Shown: positions 25,638 through 37,171 of the stretch, one piece after another
How the letters are laid out: every line of letters begins with the position of its first letter
Position numbering within the stretch: the first letter of the stretch is position 1
Made by a program: the position numbers and the translations under genes
Assembly: GCA_026770705.1 (NCBI GenBank)
Contig: JANJGN010000001.1
Coordinates: 100,254,001 to 100,318,000, forward strand
Reading direction: 5' to 3'
From: Isurus oxyrinchus
Taxonomy: Eukaryota
Length of the DNA stretch: 64,000 bases
Notes under the pieces: generated by a model
What the model was told of the DNA's origin: nothing
The model's database searches: none
The model's input: only the letters and a program-made list of their open reading frames with translations

Positions 25638-26827
25638 TGTGAGAATAGATTTAATTTTTTAATATTTTGGAGAATATTGTGTTATTCTGTAAAGAAGGCT
25701 TTGTGTGTGTTTGTGTATGTGGATTTAATTTCTGCTGACAGCTGTTTTTTAAAAATTCTTCACACAATCCTTGGATTACTGATGTATACTGGGCATTATT
25801 AGGTTTTAAGTTTCTAAATTTACAGATATGATTGGACATATTTATCTCTTGGGCTCTTGGCCAGAGCCACAATGGATTGTTTGTGTTTTTTTTAAACATG
25901 GATGATGATTTTCAGCTCCAAGTGAACCCAGTAGTTTTGAGAATTAAAGCACAGCAAAAAGACGTTACCTTTCAGAGACTGGGCCTTAACCATTCAGGCC
26001 TTTTGTTACCATTTGTTATCTTTCAAGGCAAAGTGTTTGACTGCGGGAGACATGGAAATCACCTCTAAACTGATGGCAAACGCTTTTGTCTCTGATGCAA
26101 ACCCACTATTTAAAACCCCCAAGCCTGAGAAATTGGAATTGATAAACAACTGGACATGCGGTACTATTTCAAGCATTCAAAGGGAAATTTACCCGACATT
26201 TAAGGGAATAAACAAATTCTAATTTTTCCAAAAAAAAAAGCTAATGGACAAACAGTCTGGATCGTTTCTCGGTATCAAAAATATTTTTTCAAAGTTGGTT
26301 TTTGGAAGAATAATTGAATAATAAATAAATTGGACACTAACAAAACCTGTCAGCCCAACAGCGCTGCTATTTGAATTTGGGATAATTCTAATATAAAATA
26401 AGTCAGGTCCAATCTAGTGCTTGTCCAACCTTTTTGCTTGTGAGGGTCCCATTTTAACATTTTTGGGAAGAAAAGGAATCAGCCTCAGAGGATTGGAAAT
26501 CTGCCCTTGTTTTTGCCTGCCACAAAGAGACAATGTCATGCCATGGTCCATCCCAGGCCTGATGCCCATCTGTCAGGCCATGAAGAGACCTCCCTCCCGC
26601 CACATGCTGTCTCAGGGCCCTGCCACATCTGCCTCGCAGGCCAGCCCTTGGACAAGCCTGATCCAGTGGGTTACTTTTGAGAAAATAAATTGTTGTTTAA
26701 GTGAAAGAACAAACAGACAAAGTGCCTGAAATCAAGTGGGAGTAATTAATTTCTGTTTTAAAGATATTACGAAAACATATTATTGGACTATAAAGTTTCT
26801 CCAGAGCTCCTGAAAGAGATACAATGG

Positions 26828-27223
26828 TGTGGGAATCTGCGGATTGCCACGGTCTCAGAATGATACTCATGGGTTAATATAGTATAATCTGTCTAATGTT
26901 TGCAAGCACCAAATGACCATGACTAACTTGAGAAAGAATGTAACAAACAAGATACTTCCTTTGTTCACACCATACTATAAAGGCTGGGAGCTTCCGGTCG
27001 AATTTGGACTTCACCTATGGACTGGGTTCGCGACCAGTGCCAAGGAACATGAGGATATCTCTCGATCAGCTGTTGCCACGGGGTCCCCCATGGGCAGAAG
27101 GACATGAGGTTATTGCTTGTAGTTGTGTAAATGTAATAAAGTAACATTTATAGTCAGTTGCCTCCTTTGATTCCACTAATATCTGTTAGATCCAAACAAA
27201 GCGTTATACTATATAACGTAACA
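26828..27223 (+). repeat. ERV 5' LTR (396 bp)
   Basis: tgtgggaatc...acgtaaca, with TATA-like tataaa at ~26976 and aataaa at ~27135. About 27 substitutions plus one 31-bp indel versus the 3' LTR (hand count). Confidence 0.95.
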
Positions 27224-27225
27224 TT

Positions 27226-27243
27226 TGGTGTAGTCGGCAGGAT
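27226..27243 (+). promoter_or_regulatory. Primer-binding site complementary to tRNA-Ser 3' end
   Basis: TGGTGTAGTCGGCAGGAT versus TGGCGTAGTCGGCAGGAT expected for vertebrate tRNA-Ser, 2 nt after the LTR. Confidence 0.88.
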
Positions 27244-27252
27244 CTGAGCGAT

Positions 27253-28075
27253 ATGTGGAAGAAAAAGTCAGATTCTAGTGTCCCTGAAGGTGATAGAATA
27301 TGTCAGGTGCCAGGATGGACTGCCTCAGATCATTTTGGGGTAGTAGCGAACGTGTTAGCTAAAGCTATGAGAATATGTTATTGGACTGTAAGTGTCTCCA
27401 GACAACCTGAACAAGATAAGATGGTAGCTATTGCATGTGTAAAATGGTATGAGGAAGTGAGACAGACAGAGAGAGAGAGAGTAAAGCAATTTGTCCAGGA
27501 GATGTGCAGGCAGCTTCACAGGCCAAGGCAGGCACCCTGGACTGATGTGACAGAGGCAGGTAACTATTTGTGAGAGATGGCGGTTCAAATAGGGATTTAT
27601 ACTGCAAACTTTCAGGGACAAGGTCATGAGCCATTTATAGCTGGTATGCGAAATTGATTAATGTGACATGGTCCTCCACATTTAAAAGGCGGTTTGTTGG
27701 CTTTGTTAGGTCCAGCACAAGGACAACCAGTGGGAACTGTGGTAATGTTGTTAGGACAGTTAAGGGGTGTCGAAGAAGGGCGAGCCAGAGCCAGAGTCAC
27801 AAATTGTGGAGACAGGAAACCGAGGGGAGATAAAAATGGGAATGGTGGTATTAGGAAGAATATAACCAGGCGAGCGATGTTTACAGCTCTCTTGAAGTCA
27901 GGGGTACCTAAAGAAGAAATAGGTGGTATCCCGACTGGGACTATGTTTGCATTATGGAAGAAACAGTGTGGGAGTAAAAGGGAGCCAAGTGCGCCTCTGG
28001 TGTGGGAAGCTGTGTCTGACCTAGAGAAACCAGATAAGTCACACAATAAAGGCAATCAGGGAGAGCCACCAAAGC
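27253..28075 (+). pseudogene. gag: ERV gag remnant (deleted, disrupted)
   Basis: ATG right after the PBS (ORF 27253-27573). C-terminal RRAMFTALLKSGVPKEEIGG...LWK motif typical of class III gag. Confidence 0.7.
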
Positions 28076-29846
28076 AAGGTATGGATGAATGGTATGCTGT
28101 GATTGATTTGGCCAATGCATTCTTCTCCATTTGCTTGGATGAAGAATCCCAGAATCAGTTTGCCTTCACATGGGATGGTAGGCAATATACTTATCAGAGA
28201 CTGCCCCAGGATTATCTACATCGTCCAACTCTGTGTCATGGCTTGTTAGCACGTGATTTGGAAAGGAATTAGCATCACCCACTATATTGATGATATCCGA
28301 GGACCAACTGAAGAGATAGTTGGGGAAGCTTTGGCTACATTGGTGCAACATATGAGAAAAAGAGGATAAAGGAGGAGGAGGAGAAAGCACTTCAGAAAAA
28401 GCAGGAAATCAAAGCTGAAATAGTAAAGCCTGTTCCACAAGAGAAAACCAGTCATAAAGAAGAGCTGCAGATAAAGGTAGATTCAAGCACCATGCAGTGG
28501 CACCAACAATTGCAGGATATTTGTGACCAATGTGCAGCATCGATTAATGATCTTAACAATGGCAAGGATTCCAAAGGTGGAGTGCCACCCCGGGAGGACA
28601 TTCTGAATGCAGAGTGAGCCTTGCTGCAAATGCAAGAACTGATGGCTGAGATACATGAGAAAATTGCTGCTGCAGCTGCCAAGATAAAGAGGACAAAGGA
28701 GGGACTAGCAGTACATATTTACAGTGACTTGTGGGCAGTAACCAATGGAATGGCAGTCTGGGATGCCAAACTGAAAGGATAATCAGTGAGTGATACATGG
28801 AAAACCCCTTTGGGGAAAAGATTGTGGGCTCAGATATGGGAAGAAGCTGACAAACAGTTGTATGTAAATCATGTGGACACCCACATGAAAAATACCACAT
28901 CCACCATGAACAATGCAAATGTTGATGAGATGGCAAGAGTTTGAGTAATTGAAGTTAAAGAAGGGGAAGTTAAGCAGTTTGCACAATGGGCTCATCAGAA
29001 ATCCAGACACCTAGGAGTGGCAGGAACCCGACAATGGGTAGTTAACCGAGGAATCCCAGTTACACATGATACCTCACAAATGGTAGTGTTGAATGCCCAA
29101 CATGCCAGAATGTGAAACAATTCCCACTACAGAAGAAACACTTAGGACAGATTAAAAAGGGGGGTGGGACAAGGGCAAATCTTGTAAATTGATTATACAG
29201 GGCCCTTACCCCTTTAGCAACAATATCAGTATGTACTTACAATGGTAGATACGTACTCAGGTCATATGGTCACCCATCCCACTGTAAAAGCAAACCAAGC
29301 TGTAACGATAAAAGGGTTAGATTATCTTGTGCAGATATATGGTGTCCCTAATGAGATACAATCAGATAATGGCTCACACTTTGTTGGGCAAGAAGTCGGG
29401 TAATGGGCAATGGACAATGGGATTTTGTGGGTGAACCATATACCACATTATCCACAGGCCTCAGGATTATTTGAATGAATGAATGAATGGGCTCTTGAAG
29501 CAACAAATCAAATTGCTCAGCCCCAACCACTCTAAAGGGATGGTTGAAAGTATTAGCTCAAGCAGAATACAATCTTAACAATCGGCCTAGGCCTGGGGGT
29601 ACTCCAATTGAATGGATGATGGGGCGGAACCGAGTCCCTCACCAACAACTAAAGTCCACTGAACAAAACGTATGTAAAGGTGGAAAAGTATGGGTGCATT
29701 ACCCTAATAAGAAACTGGTACAAGGAGAAGTGTTGGTACAAGGAGAAGTGTTGGCACATGGGGAAGGTAATACCTATTGGGTGTTACTTGAGAGTGAAGA
29801 TATACCAATCTTTTTAAATACTGATAAACTGAGGAAAAGAAACTGA
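28076..29846 (+). pseudogene. pol: ERV pol remnant (partial RT, RNase H C-terminal half, integrase), interrupted by a GLE1-derived insert
   Basis: WYAVIDLANAFFSI, RLPQDYLH, HYIDDI; VHIYSDLWAVTNG; HQKSRHLG...C..C, IDYTGPLP, VDTYSG, QSDNGSHF, HIPHYPQASG. Protease and the RT N-terminus are absent. Confidence 0.92.
28359..28702 (+). pseudogene. GLE1: Retrovirally captured, intronless, circularly permuted fragment of GLE1 (mRNA export factor)
   Basis: Reads KRIKEEEEK...EELQIKVDSSTMQWHQQLQDICDQCAASINDLNNGKDSK|GGVPPREDILNAE*ALLQMQELMAEIHEKIAAAAAKIKR. It matches human GLE1 [25 protein letters not shown]...NSKDSQ and, after the junction, the normally upstream [23 protein letters not shown]...EDKRR (human sequence recalled from memory). 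Confidence 0.85.
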
Positions 29847-29849
29847 AAT

Positions 29850-30600
29850 GGTAAATAAGAGCAGTTATTACATTATGTCATTACAGGTGAAGGCAACGTG
29901 GTTACTTCTGTTATACCTCTGATGGATGGACATGGGACCTTATTTTTGTTCTAACACATTGCAATTTGATGGAATTGTATGAGATAGCCTAACGGAATGA
30001 ATTGAAACTTACTCTATATACCGGACATTATAATGCATGAATGAAGCTGTTAAATTTGACTAATACTAATTTGACTATAAACCCAGATCTGAAACGTACA
30101 GAATGTAATGATACTGCATGCAATGTAACATTTACAATTCTAAATGGAACTCGTAAAGATATATGGTGTAAATTTATTACATTACCACATTTATTTGGAG
30201 CTAAGTTTTGGCTCTCTATTCTATGGAACATGGTTGGATGAATATAATAAGACCCGTGTTGGGGAGGATTGTGAGTATTGGCCTGAAGGATTGGTATGTC
30301 CTTATCATACCCCCATGTTTGAGCCAAATACCATGTGAGCTTTGGGAGGAACATGTAAATGAAGGAAGTTACCTGTAAATAATACACAAATCAGGGATTA
30401 GTTCATATTACGGATGAATTACATACCTTAACTACCCATGATTGGTGGGACATTTTCAGCGGATGTTCTCCCAAAGCCTCTATGATCCTTACCTTAATTA
30501 TGCATCCAATTGTGATTTTACTAATCATATTCTGTATTGCATTTTTGGTTTTAATTGATATTGCTATGTAAATTATATACATTGTATCATAAGGTAATGG
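29850..30600 (+). pseudogene. env: ERV env remnant (N-glycosylated SU piece and TM anchor, large internal deletion)
   Basis: Splice-acceptor-like cattacag at ~29886, then a hydrophobic start. Sequons NLT/NLT/NDT/NVT/NGT (30041-30150). HDWWDIFSGCSPKASMILTLIMHPIVILLIIFCIAFLVLI at 30437-30560. Confidence 0.75.
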
Positions 30601-30666
30601 CTATTGAGCAATTAATTTGTGCGTATACTCGTTTGCTTGATAACCCCTGAATATCAGGAGGTGGAA

Positions 30667-31031
30667 TGTGGGAATCTGCAGATTGCCACGGTCTCAGAAT
30701 GGTACTCATGGGTTAATATAGTATAATCTGTCTAATGCTTGCAAGCACCAAATGGCCATGACTAACTCAAGAAAGAATGTAGCAAACAAGATAATTCCTT
30801 TGGTTACACTATACTATGAAGGCTGGGAGCTTCTGGTCGAATTCGGACTTCACCTATGGACTGGGTTCGCGACCGGTGCCAAGGAACATGAGCATACCTC
30901 TCGATCAGCTGTCGCCACGATTGCTTGTAGTTGTGTAAATGTAATAAAGCAACATTTATAATCAGTTGTCTCCTTTGATTCCACTAATATCTGTTAGATC
31001 CGAACAAAGCATTACGCTGTATAACGCAACA
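30667..31031 (+). repeat. ERV 3' LTR (365 bp), preceded by purine-rich PPT (aggaggtggaa)
   Basis: Direct repeat of 26828-27223, followed by the TSD copy aatag. Confidence 0.95.
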
Positions 31032-31064
31032 AATAGTAATTAAGGAGGTGCCCCACTCAGAATA

Positions 31065-32787
31065 AGAGATAGAGTTAGAGTTACTTTGGTTCTGTCTTCA
31101 CAAAGGAGGACACAAATAACAGCCCAGAAAGGTTGGGGAACACATAGTTTAGTGAGACGGAGGAGCTGAACGAAATCAGTATTAGTGGGGAAGTGGTGTT
31201 GAGGAAATTGATGGGATTGAAGGCCGATAAATCCCCAGGGCCTGATTATTTACATCCCAGAGTACTGAAGGAAGTGACCCTAGAAATAGTGGATGCATTG
31301 ATTGTCATCTTCCGAGATTCTATAGACTCTGGAACAGTTCCTACTGATTGGAGGGTAGGCAATGTAAGCCCACTATTTAAAAAGGGAGGTAGAGAGAAAA
31401 CAGGTAATTATAGACCAGTCAGCCTGACGTCAGTAGCAGGGAAAATTCTAGAGTCCATTTTAAAAGATTTAATAGCTGAGTACTTGGAAAACAGTGGCAG
31501 AACTGGACAGAGTCAGCATGGATTATGAAAGGGAAAGCTTGACAGGTTTACTGGAATTTTTCAAGGATGTAACTAGTAGAGTTAATGAGGGGGAACCAGT
31601 GGATGTGGTTTATTTGAACTTTCAGAAAGTCCCACATAAGAGATTAGCGTGTAAAATTAAAGCGCATGGGATTGGGGGTAGTGTATTAAGATGGATAGAA
31701 AACTGGTTGGCAGACAGGAAACAAAGAGTAGGAATAAACAGGTCTTTTTCTGAAAGGCAGGCAGTGACTAGTGGGGTACCACAGGGATCGGTGCTGGGAC
31801 CCCAGCTATTCACAATATATATTAATGATTTAGATGAGGGAACTAAATGTAATATCTCCAAATTTGCAGATGACACAAAGCTGGGGGGGAGGATGAGCTG
31901 TGAGGAGGATGCAGAGATGCTTCAGTGTGATTTGGACAAGCTGAGTGAGTGGACAAATGCAGTATAATGCGGATAAATGTGAGGTTATCCACTTTGGTAG
32001 CAAAAACAGGAAGGCAGATTATTATCTGAATGGCTATACATTGAAAGAGGGGAATGTGCAACGAGACCTGGGTGTCCTCGTACACCAGTTGCTGAAGGTA
32101 AGCATGCAAGTGCAGCAGGCGGTAAAGAAGGTAAATGGTATGTTGGCCTTCATAGCGAGAGGATTCGAGTATAGGAGCAGGAATGTCTTGCTGCATTTGC
32201 GCAGGGCCTTGGTGAGACCCTGAAATATTGTGTGCAGTTTTGGGCTCCTTACCTGAGGAAGGATGTTCTTGCTATAGAGGGAGTGCAGCAAAGGTTTACC
32301 AGGCTGACTCTTGGGATGGCAGGACTGACATATGAGGAGAGATTGAGTCGGTTAGGATTATATCTGCTGGAGTTCAGAAGAATGAGGGGGGATCTCATAG
32401 AAACCTATAGAATTCTAAAAGGACTAGACAGGGTAGATGCAGGAAGGATGTTCCCGATGTGGGGGAGTCCAGAACCAGGGGTCACAGTCTGAGGGTAGGG
32501 GGTGGACCATTTAGGACAGAGATGAGGAGAAATTTCTTCACCCCAAGAGAAGTGAGCCTGTGGAATTCACTACCACAAAAAGTAGTTGAGGCCAAAACAT
32601 TGTATGTTTTCAATAAGGATTAGATATAGCTCTTGGGGTGAAAGGGATCAAAGGATATGGGAAGAAAGCGGGAGCAGGTTATTGAGTTGGATGATCAGCC
32701 ATGATCTTAATGAATGGTGGAGCAGGCTTGAAGGGCTGAATGGCCTACTCCTGCTCCTATTTTGTATGTATGTTTCTATGTATGTTT
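31065..32787 (+). mobile_element. 5'-truncated CR1 LINE (RT to 3' tail)
   Basis: KSPGPD, NYRPVSLTS, SGVPQGSVLGP, KFADDTKL; (tatg)n tail at ~32765-32787. Confidence 0.92.
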
Positions 32788-32790
32788 CCA

Positions 32791-33027
32791 CCTCGGGGAT
32801 TCGCAGCCTAGTTCCAGGGAGCAGAGTCGGAGGACAGAGTTCCAGAGAGGTGAGTATAAAAACCTTACCTCGGGGATTCATGGCCTAGTTTGAGGGAGCA
32901 GAGTCGGAGGGCGGAGTTCCAGAGAGGTGAGTATAAAAACCTTACGCCAGGGATTCGCAGCCTAGTTCCAGGGAGCAGAGTTGGAGGGCGGAGTTCCAGA
33001 GAGATGAGTATAAAAACCTTACCTCAG
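32791..33027 (+). repeat. 77-bp tandem repeat (3 units) in the CR1 5'UTR
   Basis: Units start at 32791, 32868 and 32945, with a partial unit at 33022. Confidence 0.9.
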
Positions 33028-35512
33028 GTCTTTTAAAAACAAAATTAAAAGTGGCATCACAGTAAATCTGTTATCTGATTGGCTGGTAGAGATTCTACAC
33101 TAAATTTGAAACTAAAACTTTGTTCAACTAATTAAACCAAATAAATTAATCACTTAATTAATAAGTAGAGGGTATCTAGACCAGAATCAGGTGATTACTG
33201 TTCTTAGAATTTAGCATTTATAGTAGAAATCTAGCCCTAGGGAACGTATAGTTAATAAGGAGTCAATAGGCAGTTATTAGATTTAAATTAATTTACTAAA
33301 TAGTTCTATAAATGGCAGTTGCTGGGGTGAAGTGCTTCACCTGTGGGATTTGGGAAATCTGTGACGCTTCAAGTGTCCCAGACAACTACACCTGCAGCAA
33401 GTGTACTCAATTGCAGCTCCTCTCAGACCGCATGGATCGGTTGGAGCAGCAGTTGGATGCACTTAGGAGCATTCAGGTGGCAGAAAGCGTCATTGACAGG
33501 AGTTTTACAGACGTGGTCACACCCAAGGTACAGACAGATAGATGGGTGACCGCTAGAAGAGGCAGGCAGTCAGTGCAGAAATCCCCTGTGGCTGTCCCCC
33601 TAACAGGTATACCATTATGGATACTGTTGGGGAATGGCCTATCAGGGGAAAACAACAGCAGTAGCCAGAGCAGTGGCACCACGGCTGTCTCTGTTGTTCA
33701 GCAGGGGTGGGGTCAAAGCACAGAAGAGCAATTGTCATAGGGGACTCTATAGTCAGGGGCTCAGATAGGCGCTTCTGTGGTCGTGAAAGAGACACCAGGA
33801 TGGTATGTTGCCTCCCTGGTGCCAGGGTCTAGGATGTCTCTGATCGGGTACAGGACATTCTGAAGGGGGAGGGAGAACAGCCAGGGGTTGTGGTACACGT
33901 TGGTACTAACGACACAGGCAGGAAGAGTGATGAGGTCCTGCAGCAGGAGTTCAGGGAGTTAGGCAGAAAGTTAAAAAACAGGACCTCTAGGGTTGTAATC
34001 TCAGGATTACTCGCTGTGCCACATGCCAGTGAGGCTAGAAATAGGAAGATAGTGCAGCTGAACACATGGCTGAACAGATGGTGTAGGAGGGAGGGTTTCT
34101 GATATCTGGATCATTGGGATCTCTTCTGGGGCAGGTGGGACCTGGACGAGAAGGATGGGTTGCATCTAAACTGGAGGGGCACCAATATCCTAGCTGCGAG
34201 GTTTGCTAGTGTCACTCGGGAGGGTTTAAACTAGTATGGCAGGGGGGTGGGAACCAGAGCAATAGGTCAGCAGGTGAAATAAAGGACTGGGTACCGGTGA
34301 ATATGGCCAGTAGGACTAAGAGGAAGGGCAGGCAGGGAGAAATTACTGAACACAGTGGGACTGAGGGTCTGAAATGCATTTGTTTCAATGCAAGAAGTAT
34401 AACAGGCAAGGCAGGTGAGCTTAGAGCTTGGATTAGTACTTGGGACAATGATGTTATTACTATTACAGAGACTTGGTTGAAGGATGGACAGGATTGGCAG
34501 GTAAAAGTTCCAGGATTTAGATGTTTCAGGCAGGATAGAGTGGGATGTAGAAGAGGTGGGGGAGTTGCACTGCTGGTTAAGGGGAATATCACAGCTGTAC
34601 GACAGGAGGACACCTCGGTGGGCTCATGCAGCGAGGCAATATGGGTAGAGCTCTGGAATAGGAAGGGTGCAGTCGCAATGTTGGGGGTTTACTATAGGCC
34701 TCCCAATTGCCGGCGGGAGATTGAGGAACAGTTATGTAGGCAGATTTTGGAAAGATGTAAAAGCAATAGGGTTGTTGTGGTGGGTGATTTTAACTTTCCC
34801 GATATTGACTGGGAATCACTTAGTACTAGGGGTTTGGATGGTGCAGAATTTGTAAGGTGCATCCAGGAGGGCTTCCTGAGACAATATGAAGATAGTTCAA
34901 CTAGGGAAGGGGAAATACTAGACCTGGTATTAGGGAATGAACCCGGCCAGGTGGTCGAAGTTTCAGTAGGAGAGCATTTCGGGAAAAAGTGACCATAATT
35001 CAGTAAGTTTCAAGATACTGGTGGATAAGGATAACAGGAGTCCTCCGGTTAAGATGCTTAATTGGGGGAAGGCTAATTATAACAATATTAGGCAGGAACT
35101 GAGGAATCTAGACTGGAGGCGGATGCTTGAGGGCAAATCAACAACTGACATGTGGGGGGGCTTTCAAACGTCAGTTGATAAGAATTCAGGACCGGCATGT
35201 TCCTGCTAGGATGAAGGATAAGCATGGCAGGTTTCAGGAACCTTGGATAATGAAGGATATTGTGAGATTAGTCAGAAAGAAAAGGGAAGCATTTGAAAGG
35301 GCTAGAAGGCTGGGAAGAGATGAAGCCCATGGAGAATACAAAGAAAGCAGGAAGAAACTTAAGCAAGGTGTCAGGAGGGCTAAAAGGGGTCATGAAAAGT
35401 CACTGGCAACCAGGATTAAGGAAAATCCCAAGGCCTTTTATACATATGTAAATAGCAAGAGGGTAGCCAGGGAAAGGGTAGGCCACTCAGGGACAGAGCT
35501 GGGAATCTGTGT

Positions 35513-37171
35513 GTGGAGCCAGAAGAAACGAGAGAGATACTGAATGAATACTTCTCATCAGTATTCAGCAAAGAGGACTTAGCGGTCGATTTGTCTAGGG
35601 AAGAGTGTGTAGATAGCCTGGATCATGTTGAGATCAAAAAAGAGGAGGTGTTAGGTGTCTTGAAGAATATTAAGGTGGATAAATCCCCAGGGCCAGATGG
35701 GATCTACCCCAGACTACTGAGAGAGGCAAGGGAGAAGATTGCTGGGGCCTTGACAGAAATCTTTGTATCCTCACTGGCCACGGGTGAGGTCCCAGAGGAC
35801 TGGAGAATGGCCAATGTTGTTCCATTGTTTAAGAAGGGTGGCAGGGATAATCCAGGAAATTATAGGCCAGCGAGCCTTAAGTCAGTGGTAGGGAAATTAT
35901 TGGAGAAGATTCTTCGTGACAGGATTTACTACCATTTGGAAGCAAATGGGCATATTAGTGAGAGGCAGCATGGTTTTGTGAAGGGGAGGTCGTGTCTCAC
36001 TAACTTGATCAAGTTTCTCGAGGAAGTGACAAAGATGATTGACGATGGAAGGGCAGTGGATGTTATGTACATGGATTTCAGTAAGGCCTTTGACAACGTC
36101 CCTCATGGCAGACTGGTACAGAAGGTAAAGTTGCACGGGATCAGAGGTGAGCTGGCAGGATGGATACAGAATTGGCTTGGTCATAGAAGACAGAGGGTAG
36201 CAGTGGAAGGGTGCTTTTCTGAATGGAGAGCTGTGACTAGTGGAGTTCCGCAGGGATCAGTGCTGGGACCTTTGCTGTTTGTCGTATACATAAATGATTT
36301 GGAGGAAAATGTAACTGGACTAATTAGTAAGTTTGCAGACGACACTAAGGTTGGAGGAGTTGCAGATAGTGAAGAGGATTGTCAAAGGATACAACGGGAT
36401 ATAGATTGGTTGGAGACTTGGGTGGAGAAATGGCAGATGGAGTTTAATCCAGACAAATGTGGGATAAAGCATTTTGGAAGGTCTAATACAGGCAGGAATT
36501 ATACAGTAAATGGAAGAACCCTTAAGTGCATCGATGGGCAGAGGGATCTGGGTGTACAGGTCCACGGGTCACTGAAAGTGGCAACACAGGTGGATAAGGT
36601 AGTCAGGAAGGCAAATGGCATGCTTGCCTTCATTGGCAGGGGTATTGAGTATAAAAGCTGGGAAGTCATGCTGCAGCTGTATAGAACCTTGGTTAGGCCA
36701 CACTTGGAATATTGCGTGCAATTCTGGTCACCACATTACCAGAAGGATATGGAGGCGTTGGAGAGGGTGCAGAGGAGTTTTACCAGGATGCTGCCTGGTC
36801 TGGAGGTTATTAGCTATGAGGAGAGGTTGGAGAAACTCAGATTGTTCTCACTAGAGCAACAGAGATTGAGGGGTGACTTGATAGAAGTTTACAAAATTAT
36901 GAGTGGCATGGACAGAGTAGATAGTCAGAAGCTTTTTCCCAGGGTGGAAAAGTCAATTACTAGGGGACATAGATTTAAGGTGAGAGGAGAAAACTATAGA
37001 GGAGATGTGCAGGGCAAGTTTTTTACACAGAGGGTAGTGAGTGTCTGGAATTCGCTGCCAGAGGAGGTGGTGGAAGCTGATACGATAGTGATGTTTAAGA
37101 GGCAGCTTGACAAATACATGAATAGGATGGGAATAGAGGGATATGAACCTCAGAAGTGCAAAATGTTTTAG
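35513..37171 (+). pseudogene. CR1 ORF2 reverse-transcriptase segment (open 552 aa; upstream frameshifts separate it from the endonuclease)
   Basis: ORF track; complete set of RT motifs. Confidence 0.9.

Larger units (their letters stand above)
26828..31031 (+). mobile_element. Endogenous retrovirus, class III / ERV-S-like, internally deleted provirus (LTR-gag-pol-env-LTR)
   Basis: Paired TG...CA LTRs, 5-bp TSD aatgg/aatag, tRNA-Ser PBS. RT IDLANAFFSI...QFAFTW...YIDD, RNase H IYSDLWAVTNG, integrase HHCC and IDYTGPLP...QSDNGSHF, env TM remnant, PPT. Confidence 0.95.

Noticed and set aside
28359-28702. A genuine GLE1 gene exon at this locus
   Set aside because: No flanking splice sites or other GLE1 exons; permuted order, an internal stop, and embedded in viral pol.
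35513-37171. Currently active autonomous CR1
   Set aside because: ORF1 and the 5' half of ORF2 contain stops and frameshifts (~33600, 33710, 34100, 34990, 35160, 35485), unless some are homopolymer sequencing errors.
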